DNA from: Schmidtea polychroa
Taxonomy: Eukaryota
Length of the DNA stretch: 64,000 nucleotides
Direction: 5' to 3'
Assembly (NCBI GenBank): GCA_044892525.1
Contig: CM097885.1
Coordinates: 54,932,001 to 54,996,000, forward strand
Position 1 is the stretch's first letter. Each line of letters opens with the position of its first letter. Positions 1 through 13,621 of this stretch are shown here, one piece after another. The notes below the pieces were generated by a model. The model saw only the letters and a list, made by a program, of their open reading frames with translations. It did not search any database and was not told the origin of the DNA. The translations under genes were made by a program, and so were the position numbers.

Positions 1-2070
1 GGAATGAGAAGTGGAAAGCCGAAAGTGTAGTCCTCAAGCCTTCAATGCTCTTCAGATTATATGAATGGCGGTTTGTTGTCTATGGCAATTCGGACGTGAT
101 AACCGCACAGGCGCCGAAGATATGTGGGAAGATCAAGAGGCCGCATTTCCACTGGTGGAAATGTTCTGGGCGAAGATTGAAAAGCTCAATGACCGGATCT
201 GCGAATTAAAGTGAAGAAATGGTTACAACAAATAAAGCAGCTCTAGATGTAACCGGCACGGGACCGAACAGAGATTCAAGCCCAAAAATTCAGTCCAGAC
301 TACAAGGGGCTCAGGATAATCAGGCCTTCATCGACCGGTATCTGGCGAAATGAGTGATGAGTAAGCCACCATTTCAGTTACGGGCTTTAGAGCCCCATGC
401 TACCCCAACGTCTCATCTAACCTCTACCAACGGCCAGGCAAAGATGCGTAGTAGATATGGAAGTTACATACGAATGCGCCAGGCAATGAGCGTTTTAGGT
501 TGCTTGGATCATTGGCCACTCTAACAGCACTCTTGACTCCGGGGATGACCCGGATTTCACACTCATTAACTAATCGAGTGATCGGTGTGCTTTTAAAATA
601 AAATTCATTGTTTCACGTTGTGATTTGTTGTTCGTCTGAGTGAATTGAAATGTTTTGTAATCAATATTAAAGCGTATGACACAACTTTATTAGGACCAGG
701 TTGAAGTCGGACATAAGCCTTCTATCAGAAGTCCACGAACCCAACCGAATGCTCGACACATACGACGCAGTACCAACGTTGATTACTCGACGGGTGTCGG
801 ATGGTAAAGTGAACCATTGTATATTGAGTTACGTCGAAAACGACACGAAACGGTAAATGAGGTTTACTAGCGACTCAAAATATTGATATTTTCATCAGGT
901 GAACTTTGAATACTTATAGCACAGAAATAAATGAAGAACAAATAAATTGATGTTGGTGTGATTATACGTCTTTTACAAATTGTTACAATTCAACATTTTC
1001 GAGTACATTTTTTGTAACTTTAGATAAAAAGGTGGCAGATAATTATAATGTTTAAACAACGTAATTTTGTTTATTTCATCAATAATGCATATGTAATTTT
1101 AATTTAAATAATAAAAAAACTTAATAAAATTAAATAAAATTAAATGTGCATGTTTCAGGCACTAGAATTAAAATAATTGGATGAAGTTATCAATTATAAA
1201 ATGAAATGTTTTCGTAGATTACTGAAAACCAAGTCAAGCAAAATTAAGAAATAGAAAAACTTAAAATTTTTTGATAAAATTAATTTTGATAAAAGGTTTA
1301 TTAAAAAATCACTGCACTAAATAGAGTAAATTTAGAATTTTAAAAACAAAAATGAAGTTGTTTTCAGGGAATCTGTCAGGCCTTTTAAGTATTTGCAATC
1401 GCGCGGGGCCATTGAAATGATATTGTCAATATTATCATAAAATTCATTTTATTTACAAAGTGAACGATAAAGCAGAAAGGCTATTTCACAACGTTTCTTA
1501 TGTTGAGAAAGCGTAGAAAAACTGTGGATGTTACAGAATCTAATTCAAAAACACTGAAAGGAGAAAACTATAAAAGCAAATGTTGAATTTATAGAATAGA
1601 AATTATATAGACACCCGCTGGGTATAGAGATACCTGGGTAGAGATACATTGGTAGACAAAAATAGATTGTAAACATTATTATTGATAAAATATTATTTGA
1701 CGGTAAAATATTATTAGACAAAGAAACTTTTATGGATAAAGGCATATTATTGACAAATTTATTAATATCACTTTTTACCAGATCACCGATTATGACCACT
1801 TTGTCACTAGACTGCATCAAATATCATAATTTGTACTGCTTCTATCAAAATGTATATAATTACTGGGCTATTAGTTTCTATTCTGGATGGTAACGAGTTT
1901 CTTACATGTTACAAATGGGAGCCAAATAACCTCGAAACTATTCTACTAATTAAAATTGAATTGAATATCATATTAAAACTGTATTTTCATCAGTTAGTTA
2001 TTCGAAAACCAAAATCATTCTTACATTACTTCAAAATTTAGTTTAGTATCAATAAAAACAACTTTCTTAC

Positions 2071-5000
2071 CTCCAATTATGTATATTTTGGATTCCATTT
2101 CCACTACAGAATGATTATAAACTGGTTTGCTTAAAATGAATGGAACATTTTCGTCTAACGTTGACCACTCATTGTAATGATCTTTATATTCGTAAATCTC
2201 GTCATTGCTACACAAAATTGTTTCATTTTTATATATGGAATTCTTCATTCCACCGAATCCCAATATGGAATCATTTACTATTAACAGTTGGATATCACTT
2301 ATTCCCATATTGAAAGAAGGTCCTTTTCTCCATTTATTATGAGCTATGTTGTATATTTCCGTCGAGGCGTGAAGTTTTGATGAGTTTTTAAATCCTCCTG
2401 CGTTTATCAAAATAAAAAAGTTTACAAAATAATAAGTTATTCAATGAAGTCTACTATAAAACTTGAACCTTTTTATATTTTAGTATTACTATTTCCCACG
2501 GTGATGGACTTGGGTATCGAGAGTTGCGACTGAAGAACTTTCATTACTTTAGCATACATTTAAAAATTACTTTTTTAATCTATTTTGACATTTTAAATGA
2601 GGAATTAAATTTCATAAAACGTCAGGAAATTTGTCAATTATCCGTCAAAAAAGAAGTTAAAGATATAATTGTGATTTGAAAATTTGAAACACGTATAGAA
2701 TGACCAAGTGAATATAATACATTCAGCATATATTAAAAAATTATTTTCCCCGAAGAGTTATTGAAACTAAGGTTTATTCAAAAGTATTCGGATTTATCCA
2801 CATCTCGCATCTAAAGGGTTAATAAAATTCAATATAATGAAAGAATAGTATAGCTTGCAAAGTTTGGTAATGAGGTGCAAGGTCACCTATCTTTTCATAC
2901 CTAAATGGCTGAGTATGTGCTATTTTATTGAACTTTAGATGTTAAAATTAATCTTAAAATTAATATTTCTTATTTACGCGTATAATATGGTTTTATAAGA
3001 TTCTAATTCATAACAATATTCTTTATTTTTATTTTTCTTTTAAAGTTGTATAAAAAAATATTAGAAGACTGCCAAATTAAAAATGTAAATAGGACAAGAT
3101 GTACTAAAAGATGAAAATAATAGTATATCAGAAAATGCATTGAATTTATAGACACAATTAATTGGCCATAATCTTTTCTTACACAATTATTATTGGTCAA
3201 CAGCAGGGACGTAGCCAGGATTTCAGCTTAGGGAGGAGGGAGGGGCAAAATTATAAATTATTGCAATTCCTCGAGCAATGTTAAAAGTTGACACGGTAAA
3301 ATAGAAAAAAATATTTTAAGATAATTAACAAATTTATTATTAATTATTAACAATGTATATTTCATAAAATATATTACAATATAATATTAATTCGTCTTAG
3401 TCCTTTCATTAATTCAGAATGTATTTCATTTTGACTTATGTTAATGTCTTAAAGAATATATAACAAAGCCAAACCATTTAACCTTTTTCTCATCCATGGT
3501 ATTTTTTAAATATGTTTTCAGGTATTTAAGTGATGAAAAAGAACGCTCTGCTGTACAAGCTGATACGGGCAAAGTAGCAAATATTGTGAGAAGAATATAA
3601 ATGTTTTTATAAAAAATTGGATCACATATTGCTAATGTATCTATAGCAGTAGTCGGTTTGATTTTAATTTCTTCAAATATTTTTGTATCGCAGCTTAAAC
3701 TCATTCAAGAATTATTTTGTTACAATCAATACCTTTTCAATAGAAATCAATTGGGTTATTAAACATTTGAAGTTCTTCGTCCATTTTCTTTAGTTTGGCA
3801 TCCAATGGAATAAGGCAGGCAAATGATTTTATGTTTGTGAGGTATAAATCTAATATTCATTTGACTAATTGTCTGATCTAAAAAAGGTATATAACATGAA
3901 TAAAGAAAATATTCTTCTGCATTTGTACTTGGAACATTGCACTGATGCATTTGTCTCTTTGTCACTCTTGGTACATGAATGTCTGTTAGATACTTTATTA
4001 GCTAATAAATTTGCGTCTCTAAATAGTGTAAAAAAATGTTTTCACAATTTTTATATTTTTCTTGAAGCAGTCCAACGCAAGTTTCTGTATAATTAATGGC
4101 TTCGCATATATCAATTTTTATCGATTGAAATGCCTTACATGGATCTATCTTAAGGCTTAAATTTTTTTAAGATTACAAGTAAATAATGAATTCTTCTTCA
4201 ACCATTCTGCAACTATTTCCAAAGAATTTATGACTGGCTCCATAAGTTCTTTCATAATCTGTACAGAATTGTGGTGGTCTATCCATCGTGTTGGGCATAG
4301 TTTTTATAATCCCACTTTTTTACTTTTAGGGATTAAAATACTTATTTGTTCTGAAAGTACGGTCTGTCTCTAGGGATAATTGAAAAACCTGTATCAAGTT
4401 TCAATAGTTCCCATACAGTTAAGTATGGAAGCATTGGAGTGCAGAGTGATTATTTCTAGATTTAAGGAGTGTGAAAAACTATGAACATATATGGGTGTCG
4501 GGAATTGTTTTTGAAGTAATGCTTGCACACCATTACATTTCCCGCTCATAGAAGCTGCTCCATCATATCCTTGTCCTCACAGTTTTAGTAAATCTAAACC
4601 AGGGGTCTCAAACACGCGGCCCTCAACAACACCCAACATTTAACAAAAATGTAAATTTTAAATTCTTAATGGATCTATAAATTTAATAAATTATTATAGT
4701 ACTATAAAAAATTTTGATGCGTCCCTCGAATTGGTGTTCTTGTCCTAAATTGGCCCTCATAGTGAGTTGTGTTTGAGACCCCTGATCTAAACCATATTTC
4801 TCTAAACTAGTTATAATTGTAAGCCAAATATTTCCCAGTTGTAGAAATTTGCCCCTTACGCCCCTAGCTACGTCACTGATTTACAAAACTGTTCTTAGGA
4901 ATAAGTAGTAAATAATAAATACTTCCGAAACAATTAGATGTAATAGAAAGAATGTGACAAAAGGACTAGTGGCCTCATCATTAATAAATCCTTAAAGTTA

Positions 5001-8000
5001 AGGAGTTTGCAATGGAATTGAAAGATATAGAAGATACATATTAGTTTTCTACAAAGTACTTGAAAGATGTAAAAATTAAAACAAGAAAAAAATATAGTTT
5101 GAAATAGGCACATTTAGTAATCAAATAAACAGACATTAATATATTCGTTTTTNNNNNNNNNNNNNNNNNNNNNNNNNNNNNNNNNNNNNNNNNNNNNNNN
5201 NNNNNNNNNNNNNNNNNNNNNNNNNNNNNNNNNNNNNNNNNNNNNNNNNNNNNNNNNNNNNNNNNNNNNNNNNNNNNNNNNNNNNNNNNNNNNNNNNNNN
5301 NNNNNNNNNNNNNNNNNNNNNNNNNNNNNNNNNNNNNNNNNNNNNNNNNNNNNNNNNNNNNNNNNNNNNNNNNNNNNNNNNNNNNNNNNNNNNNNNNNNN
5401 NNNNNNNNNNNNNNNNNNNNNNNATTAGCATTTGTTTAATTTCAAATTTCATTTTTAAATATAAAATTATTTTTCATATAAGTTATATTTTATCTTTTTC
5501 ACTTTTGATCGACTATTTTCAATTTCTAATTTCCTTTTTTAATTGATACATGCTTTTGAAGTATTTAAACTTTAAATGGATTCAATTTTTTTCTAATAAG
5601 TATATTTCAAGTTACAATAAATAATTTAAAACATTTAATATAGATATTTACCACAAATAACTATTTCATCTTTGAAAACTACTGCAGTAGCCATTCGCCT
5701 TTCATTCTCCATACTTGTAAGATCCGTCCATTCATTAGTTATGACGTCATACCTGTAACAGTATTGTGAGAATTTTTACATTAAATAAATTAATTTGATA
5801 AATAAAATTTATTTTTAAAGTTAATAAACGAAAAAGACCATAAAGTAAAATTTATATTTATTCACCCTTAATTTAAAGTCATCAGTGTAGATATTAGGAG
5901 GTCCATCCTGTAAAACATTAAAATCAGTTTTTGTTTCCATAAATTTTATTTCAGTAAATATCAGAATCAAATTATATCTTCTTTAAACTTTCTTATTTAA
6001 CCAAATTTTCTACGAAGATATTTTTAATTAAAATATCTTCTTATTAGTTTTTAAAAATTAATCTAAAATTTAATTTTTAAAATTTTCAATTTAAAAATTT
6101 CTTCATCATAAAACTTCCTCATAGTAGACATCAATCACATTTAAACAGACATATAATACGAATAGGCTTTTTTATTAATGAAGATACTAGTTATATCCAC
6201 GGTGAGAAGACAGAAAATCCAGAATAATATGTGCAAATTGTAACCAATTTGTGTATCACACCCACCGTGACTTTGTAAAGCTTATTAATTGTCATATGTG
6301 GGTTGTGTAATTTTTAAATTATTCGATCTTTGTATGAAATCTTTGTATGTTTTTGTGGGATGCATAATGCACCTCATAACAGCGTCGGTACTAGGGCTAG
6401 GCGAACACTTCTGTCTATCGCGCAGTATCTCAAAAAGCACCGAAACAATGATCATTTTTTATTAAATATTTCTGAAATTTTTAAATTTTTACTATTCATT
6501 AGATATTTTTCTATAATTTATTATTATTTTTATTAAGGAAAATTAGTTTTTAATAACTGTAGGAGTAGCTAGGAATCTTTGTTGTTCTTTTCAAAGGAAA
6601 TTTTGTTACAAAATCATGTATTTATTATTTCACTGTAAAAAACTGATTGATTTCTTAATATATACAATTTTCAATGAAATGACCTAAATTTTTTTCCTGC
6701 CTAAGGGGCAAGTTTGGGTTATCTCGCCTCCTTCCTATAGGTCTGTAACCTACAAATGTGATGCAGTATTTTTTATTTTGAGCGAATAAAATTTCTCATA
6801 ATAAAATTCCAAAACTATTTATTTTAATTATTATGAATGAGTTTATTTTTTCGGAATAATGATTACTGACATCATAATAAACCCATACCTCGCTATACGG
6901 CCGCTCTTTATACGGCATTTCGCTATAACGGCCCTCTTTAATTAAGGCACGTTTTCGATTTACGGCCTAAAATGTTGCGCTACAACGGCATAAAAAACTT
7001 TTTTTCGATGTTGATATATCTACATGTTGCCAATCTTACGCAAGCGCAATATCGATTTTTTATAAGGCTTTTCGCTTTGCGGCCAAGTTTCGTGGAACGT
7101 ATGTAGGCCGTAAAGCGAGGTATGGGTGTACTTTTCTCATTAAAGTCAATTTATTATCATTCTGCAATCGAAGCATATACACTGTTTCCATATTCAAACT
7201 GTTACAATGAACAAATAAGAACTTTAATGATAAAAATGTATTGCCTCAATAATATAATATAAACTAACCAATAATAAATGCTTGTGTCATTAACAAAATA
7301 GACAATAAATAAGTTTCGTTGACATAGGATATGAGCATATTATAATTAATGAAGAATAGAAAAATTTAATGGGCGAAGAAAAATAATTTGAAACCGAAAA
7401 AAACGATGCACAAAATTTCTTTAATAAAAATGGTGAGCTTCCGGCCCGGGCGCTTTTTTGTGGTTAGTTAAATAAATAAGTTAAATAAATAAATAAATAA
7501 GCATTATTTTATAAACTTGTTAATTTTCTTATTTTAAATATATTATTTTATCTTAGCTAAAGTAAAAAAAATAAATTAAAAAATAATCAAAGATTATTTT
7601 TTATTTAACTAACCACAAAAAAGCGCCCGAGCCGGAAGCTCACCGTTAAAGTATATCTAAACCTCGATTTGCATCGTTAATTGGGACCATAGAAAGATGT
7701 CGCAAATCGAAATCATTTATCATATGTGTTTAACCAGTTTTCATTAATTGGTAGTAATTGGTAGTAATTGGTAGTAAATTTCATGAAAAAAACAAATTTT
7801 ATTAATAAAAACATGTTTTTATATCATAAGTGAATGAATATCAACAAAAACTTTAATTTTAATATTAACGGTAATTTTTTAATGTTAAATTCTATGTAAT
7901 TAAATAATTTATTTTCTTTTTTATTTAATATAAATAGTTTTAAATATTCTTTAGGTTTTATGATAAAAGATGTAAGACATTTATATATTTATTTTAACAT

Positions 8001-11000
8001 GGACAAAGATTTAACATTTTTTCTAAAATGCCTTGTTTCATCATACATTTAGGAAAGAACATTTTAATGTGATGATAGTAATTTCCTAAATTACTTTAAT
8101 CTGGTTTTGGAGTTCTACATTAACTGTTTGGCGTATTGCAGAAAATATATTACTGAAACTCATTCTGCTAAATTCATGAGCTGAGAAAACTTTAATCATT
8201 TCTCAATTTTCAATTTTACTAAATACAATCTAGATGGAGTTTAAAAACGGTTTAGCATCAGAGATATCCTCAATTTTATTCATATTTAATCATTTTAAAA
8301 TTAAAAATTTAGTTCTTTAAAAGACCATTTGAATGTCATTTTTATTATGTAGTTGTGAATCATTTTTGTGCACGTATTTATTTTTCTTCTAACAATGAAT
8401 TTTTCTATCCGTCTAAAATGTAAGTGATTATTTAATGTCATGAATTTAATTAAATTTCATTTGCTTATGATACACACATACAATTAATATAAATAGGTTT
8501 TATTTGTAATATTAATCTTTAAATCAATGTCCATTTAGGCATCTTCAATTGCTCCCTGGTGTATTTTATCACATGTATCTAATTTGCTTGAATTAGTTCC
8601 ATGCAGATATCGACTGATTGATATGATGACGCTCACTACCGGTTGACTCTATTCGGCGTAATAACGTGTACAGGTGACCCTCCTATAACACAGTTTCTGA
8701 CAACACGGTTGCACTCTAACACGTTCAGGCTTTTGATGGTAGCGCCCCTATAACACGGTATCCGATTTCGTTCTTACACGTTCAGAATTTTTATAATTTA
8801 AAATTTAACCAATTCTGTATATATTTCAAAGAAAAAATATAATTAAACAAAAAAATCGAATCGAGGTTTTATTTTTTTGGTGCGAAATTACGAGGTTCCA
8901 TCTATTTCTGTCCAGGTAAGTAAATACATTGTATTAATGGCTAGAAAGTTCACCGTTATTGTTTATGATTACTATTTATTTGGATTTAATCCGAATATAT
9001 TCGGTAAAAATACAAAAAACCAACGTTGAAGAGAAAATACATTTCTCTAGATGATAAGATGCAAATTTTGGATCAAATTATGAAAGAGGAGGAACCAGCA
9101 CACATCGCATAAACATTAAATTTAAATGAAGAAACAATCCGAAGCGTTAGAAACAATGAGAACAAAATTAGGAGTGCTGTGACTGCAGGGTCTTCTATAT
9201 CTACAAAATATTCATCTCGTCCACGTCTACCGATAAAAAAATAAGTGAATGAATATCAACAAAAACTTTAATTTTAATATTAACGGTAATTTTTTAATGT
9301 TAAATTCTATGTAATTAAATAATTTATTTTCTTTTTTATTTAATATAAATAGTTTTAAATATTCTTTAGGTTTTATGATAAAAGATGTAAGACATTTATA
9401 TATTTATTTTAACATGGACAAAGATTTAACATTTTTTCTAAAATGCCTTGTTTCATCATACATTTAGGAAAGAACATTTTAATGTGATGATAGTAATTTC
9501 CTAAATTACTTTAATCTGGTTTTGGAGTTCTACATTAACTGTTTGGCGTATTGCAGAAAATATATTACTGAAACTCATTCTGCTAAATTCATGAGCTGAG
9601 AAAACTTTAATCTTTTCTCAATTTTCAATTTTACTAAATACAATCTAGATGGAGTTTAAAAACGGTTTAGCATCAGAGATATCCTCAATTTTATTCATAT
9701 TTAATCATTTTAAAATTAAAAATTTAGTTCTTTAAAAGACCATTTGAATGTCATTTTTATTATGTAGTTGTGAATCATTTTTGTGCACGTATTTATTTTT
9801 CTTCTAACAATGAATTTTTCTATCCGTCTAAAATGTAAGTGATTATTTAATGTCATGAATTTAATTAAATTTCATTTGCTTATGATACACACATACAATT
9901 AATATAAATAGGTTTTATTTGTAATATTAATCTTTAAATCAATGTCCATTTAGGCATCTTCAATTGCTCCCTGGTGTATTTTATCACATGTATCTAATTT
10001 GCTTGAATTAGTTCCATGCAGATATCGACTGATTGATATGATGACGCTCACTACCGGTTGACTCTATTCGGCGTAATAACGTGTACAGGTGACCCTCCTA
10101 TAACACAGTTTCTGACAACACGGTTGCACTCTAACACGTTCAGGCTTTTGATGGTAGCGCCCCTATAACACGGTATCCGATTTCGTTCTTACACGTTCAG
10201 AATTTTTATAATTTAAAATTTAACCAATTCTGTATATATTTCAAAGAAAAAATATAATTAAACAAAAAAATCGAATCGAGGTTTTATTTTTTTGGTGCGA
10301 AATTACGAGGTTCCATCTATTTCTGTCCAGGTAAGTAAATACATTGTATTAATGGCTAGAAAGTTCACCGTTATTGTTTATGATTACTATTTATTTGGAT
10401 TTAATCCGAATATATTCGGTAAAAATACAAAAAACCAACGTTGAAGAGAAAATACATTTCTCTAGATGATAAGATGCAAATTTTGGATCAAATTATGAAA
10501 GAGGAGGAACCAGCACACATCGCATAAACATTAAATTTAAATGAAGAAACAATCCGAAGCGTTAGAAACAATGAGAACAAAATTAGGAGTGCTGTGACTG
10601 CAGGGTCTTCTATATCTACAAAATATTCATCTCGTCCACGTCTACCGATAAAAAAATGGAAAAGGCTCTCAGCATTTAGATTGACGAATGTTGCCAAAAA
10701 AGGATTCCACTGAATGGGAACATTATTTGACAAAAATCTCTTAAATTTAAGAAGATGGAGAGTCTTCAGTTCGGACTTTGTGGCGAGCAAAGGATGGTTT
10801 GACAAGTTCAAAAAACAATTTTCAATTCACAACTTAAAATACAAGTGAATCCGCATCAGCTGACCACGAAGCTGCAAAGACGTATCCAGAAAAAATTTTA
10901 AAAAATATAGAAGAGAAAGGATACCCAGCCTACCAAGTTTTTACTGCTGATGAAACTGGGCTATGGTGGGGGAAAATAACTAATAGAACATTTATATCCC

Positions 11001-13223
11001 AACGAGAAAGAACAGCACCAGGGTTTAAGGTATCTAAAGAACGCATAACTTTACTTTTGGGCAGTAATGCATCAGGAGACTTTCTGACAAAACCATTACT
11101 CATTCATAAATCATTAAATCCCCGTGCCCTTCAAGAGTCAACCAAAAACAATTTGCCGTACATTGGGCAGCAAATTCAAAAGCTTGGATAACAGGAGATT
11201 TGTTTCGAAAATGGTTTTAAGAGTTCTTTGTGCCAGAAGTAGAAAATTATTTGAAGAAGAATTTGGATTTTTAGGTGCTTTTACTAATTGAAAATGCTCC
11301 AGGACATCCACAAGATTTGAGTCATCCCGTCATTCAAATAGAGTTTCTACCACCAAACACTACGTCACTGATCCAGCCATTAGATCATGGAATCATTTTT
11401 ACCTTCAAAGGTTATTACATGACAAAAATTCACAATGAATTTTAAATATAAGTGAATCAAAAGCGATTGGCGTCATGGTAGCTTAGAAGAAATTCTCAAT
11501 CAAGAACTGCATTGATTTTATATCCATATCGCTGAGAGAATTAAAAGAGTCTACATTAAATGGATGCTGGAAAAAAAATCTGGCCTTCGTCAATTGAAAT
11601 AGGAAACAGTACAGAATTGTCAGAAAATAAAATTGATAACATATTAGAAGTTGCTGCATTGATCGGAGGTAAACGTTTTGAAGATATGACTACATATGAC
11701 GTTCAAGATTTATTTATGGAAGAAGAAATTGTGAGGAGGATTTACTGAAAATGGCTTCAGAAGTTGTGCAATTAATAATTTAAATCGGCATAAATTACGG
11801 GAAGGTCTAAATTTAGCGGAAAATTTAAAATCGTTTTTCGTGAATGCAGATTCATCTGCTGAAAGAAGCCGTAAGTTCAAAAGAGAACTGCAAAATTTAA
11901 CGAGCTATTAAGGAATAGCAAACAATCCAAAATTACAGACTTTTTTAAGAGGACAGATTGGAAATGAATGAAAAAGATTCAGAAAAGAGAACAATTTATC
12001 CAAACAATGAAAAAACTTCGGAAAAGAAAGTTGAATACGAAAATGAGGAGAAGAATACAGAACAGAGTACAGATGATCCGTATGATTCATTAAGAAATTC
12101 TGATATATAATCAAATAAAAATTAAATACTTTCATGAAGTTTGTTTTGTTTCTAAATCTTACATTTCTAATAATATTGAAGTTATTTCTGTGTACCTTAA
12201 AAAATATGTATATATTTTAATTTTTGGAACCTAACTCCCTGTTTCATATTGACCCTGAGTCCCATATAACACACCGTTGTCTTGGAACCTATCTACCGTG
12301 TTATAGGAGGGTCTCCTGTATATATTTTATTAATTGATGGACGTTGTGGATCACCAACTAGCACTTCAATCAAAGCGTGTTTAAATGTTTATTAGTACAT
12401 TCAATTTATTCTGGGCCTTAGTACTATTTTTTAGAATGATTTATATATTTATCTAATAATAGAGATATATTTAGATTGCATGCTTCGTTATCAGTTAGCC
12501 ATTAAAATACACAATTGACCATAAAACCAAAAAGTAGACATTTTAAAATTATATATCTAAATTAACCATTCTCAAAAATTTGTTAAATGAATCTTTTTCA
12601 AGCTTTGAATATAAAATTAGAGTTACAGGATAACAAAACGCTTAATATTGAAATACGAGATTCCATTCACATTCCCAGTGAAAATGACAATCAGAAAAAA
12701 CAAAACACGAAATTTATATTATGTAGTAACTGAAAATAGTTTGAAAGCAGAAAATAATAATTGACGATTATTTATGCATTTTAAACGAATTTTGGTTTTT
12801 CTAAGTTAAAGTTAATGAAATTTAATATGATTTTAGTACATAAAAAACTGGTAGGATTATTTCCTAGGATAAAGAATAGGTAAAGAAAACTTGAAATTTA
12901 AATCACCAAACAATAATGCCAAATCAGCACGAGATATGATCCATAAAGCTCAATACTAGTATACCCTTTGACAATAAATGGCAATTTCATTAATCTTACT
13001 TCTTAACATTTTGAATTGGTCTTTTCAACTTTGCACTATATCCTCCTAAAATGAATATAAATTGTTTATATGAGACGCAGGAAAATTCTTTCAAATTGAC
13101 AATTGGATGCCAAATATCTACTACGGGTTTTTTAGATAAAATTCCAAAAGACAAATCAAATTTCAAAACATTCCCAGATCCTGTTCTTGATAAAAGTAAC
13201 AATTGATCAGTTCCAGTTTCCAT
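2071..13223 (-). CDS. Kelch-repeat (beta-propeller) protein, multi-exon; confident exons 13000-13223, 5652-5752, 2071-2397; 3' end unresolved (probably further exons in about 1545-2000)
   Basis: The three exons join in frame with GT-AG sites and matching phases (2, then 1): METGTDQ...FIFILGGYSAKLKRPIQNVKK / YDVITNEWTDLTSMENERRMATAVVFKDEIVICG / GFKNSSKLHASTEIYNIAHNKWRKGP...IYIIG. The repeated hydrophobic-GG ... Y(D/N)...W pattern is typical of Kelch blades. No BTB/BACK exon was found upstream. Confidence 0.8.
3204..4878 (-). mobile_element. Degenerate hAT DNA transposon (ZMYM1/THAP12-like transposase remnant) inside a Kelch gene intron
   Basis: Imperfect TIRs CAGGGACGTAGCCAGG / CAGTGACGTAGCTAGG. 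Minus-strand remnants GQGYDGAASMSGKCNGVQ (about 4520-4575) and the hAT dimerisation motif LPVSACTAERSFSSLKYLKTYLKNTM (about 3500-3580). Many stops and frameshifts; no TSD recognisable. Confidence 0.8.
4600..4784. mobile_element. 185-bp hAT MITE (Charlie/SPIN-type ends) nested in the hAT remnant
   Basis: TIR CAGGGGTCTCAAACAC at both ends; perfect 8-bp TSD ATCTAAAC at 4592-4599 and 4785-4792. Confidence 0.92.
5153..5423. other. Assembly gap (N run); other gaps at about 20131-20447, 32876-33047, 45142-45272 and 50329-50517
   Basis: Runs of N in the sequence. Confidence 0.99.
6880..7128. mobile_element. Tc1/pogo-type MITE, about 250 bp
   Basis: TIRs AACCCATACCTCGCTATACGGCC / CACCCATACCTCGCTTTACGGCC (2 mismatches), flanked by TA on both sides. 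Confidence 0.8.
7432..7644. mobile_element. Foldback MITE-like element with about 45-bp TIRs and an AT-rich core; family unassigned
   Basis: GGTGAGCTTCCGGC(C/T)CGGGCGCTTTTTTGTGGTTAGTTAAATAAA occurs as an inverted pair with 1 mismatch; no TSD seen. Confidence 0.7.
7826..10655 (+). repeat. Head-to-tail tandem duplication of 1415 bp (7826-9240 / 9241-10655)
   Basis: Near-identical direct copies at a constant offset of 1415. At least one substitution (TAATCATTTCTC vs TAATCTTTTCTC). The unit includes the first 570 bp of the Tigger element. Confidence 0.92.
8671..9240 (+). mobile_element. 5' fragment of the Tigger element created by the tandem duplication
   Basis: Starts with TA + CAGGTGACCCTCCTATAACAC, identical to 10086, and breaks off in the HTH-coding region at the duplication junction. 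Confidence 0.85.
10086..12318 (+). mobile_element. Tigger/pogo DNA transposon with a dead transposase
   Basis: TIRs CAGG(T/A)GACCCTCCTATAACAC with TA on both sides. Fragmented transposase motifs include FVASKGWFDKFK, QVFTADETGLWW, GSNASGDFLTKPLL and [18 protein letters not shown], with many stops and frameshifts. Confidence 0.9.
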
Positions 13224-13540
13224 CGTAAATGTTTAGAATAATAAAATATTAATGACGAGACTTTGTATTTTCAAAAGTGTCGCATGTCATTGATTATTGT
13301 TGATGCATAGTGAAAGCGATAGTGCAACTGACATTATCCATTGTTCTCTATATGCATATGTATAAATTAGAACTTTCTAATAGCAAATGTTAATTTTAAT
13401 GGCACACCACGCAACCACCGATGAAAGGCCGAGTTAAACAGATTTCTAATTGATAATTACAACAATAGAATTGCGATATTAATGCAAGAAAATTTCCGAT
13501 AAAGTCATAAAAATCAAAAGAGTATTTGACAAATAGAAAG

Positions 13541-13546
13541 TTTATT
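13541..13546 (-). promoter_or_regulatory. Candidate polyadenylation signal (AATAAA) of RFC5
   Basis: First AATAAA on the minus strand after the RFC5 stop, about 75 bp downstream; the motif is common in AT-rich DNA. Confidence 0.4.
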
Positions 13547-13621
13547 CTCTACAACACAAACATGATAATGTTAATAACAGTTAATTGCATAGAAAGCAGC
13601 AAATAAACGATGATATCCAAT

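Noticed and set aside
1-880. GC-richer block at the window start, possibly retroelement/LTR-derived
   Set aside because: The plus-strand frames I translated contain stops and no recognisable motif, and no LTR ends or TSD could be fixed, so it cannot be classified.
1545-2041. Further Kelch exons (for example IGGYLAPICN via a GAG acceptor, or the 91-aa ORF)
   Set aside because: No splice combination tried gave a clean open frame with good acceptors; left unresolved.
5114-5452. ORFs spanning N runs (also 20126-20470, 32835-33257, 44909-45310, 50315-50539)
   Set aside because: Artefacts of assembly gaps; only the 44944-45124 part is a real exon.
5860-5915. AG/GT-bounded mini exon (DGPPNIYTDDFKLR) on the minus strand in the Kelch intron
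   Set aside because: Its phase does not fit the flanking exons; inclusion introduces a stop.
8120-8192. About 60-bp dispersed repeat also at about 9535-9607, 52190-52250 (inverted) and 60138-60197
   Set aside because: Real similarity but no ends, TSD or coding signal; probably an old TE fragment.
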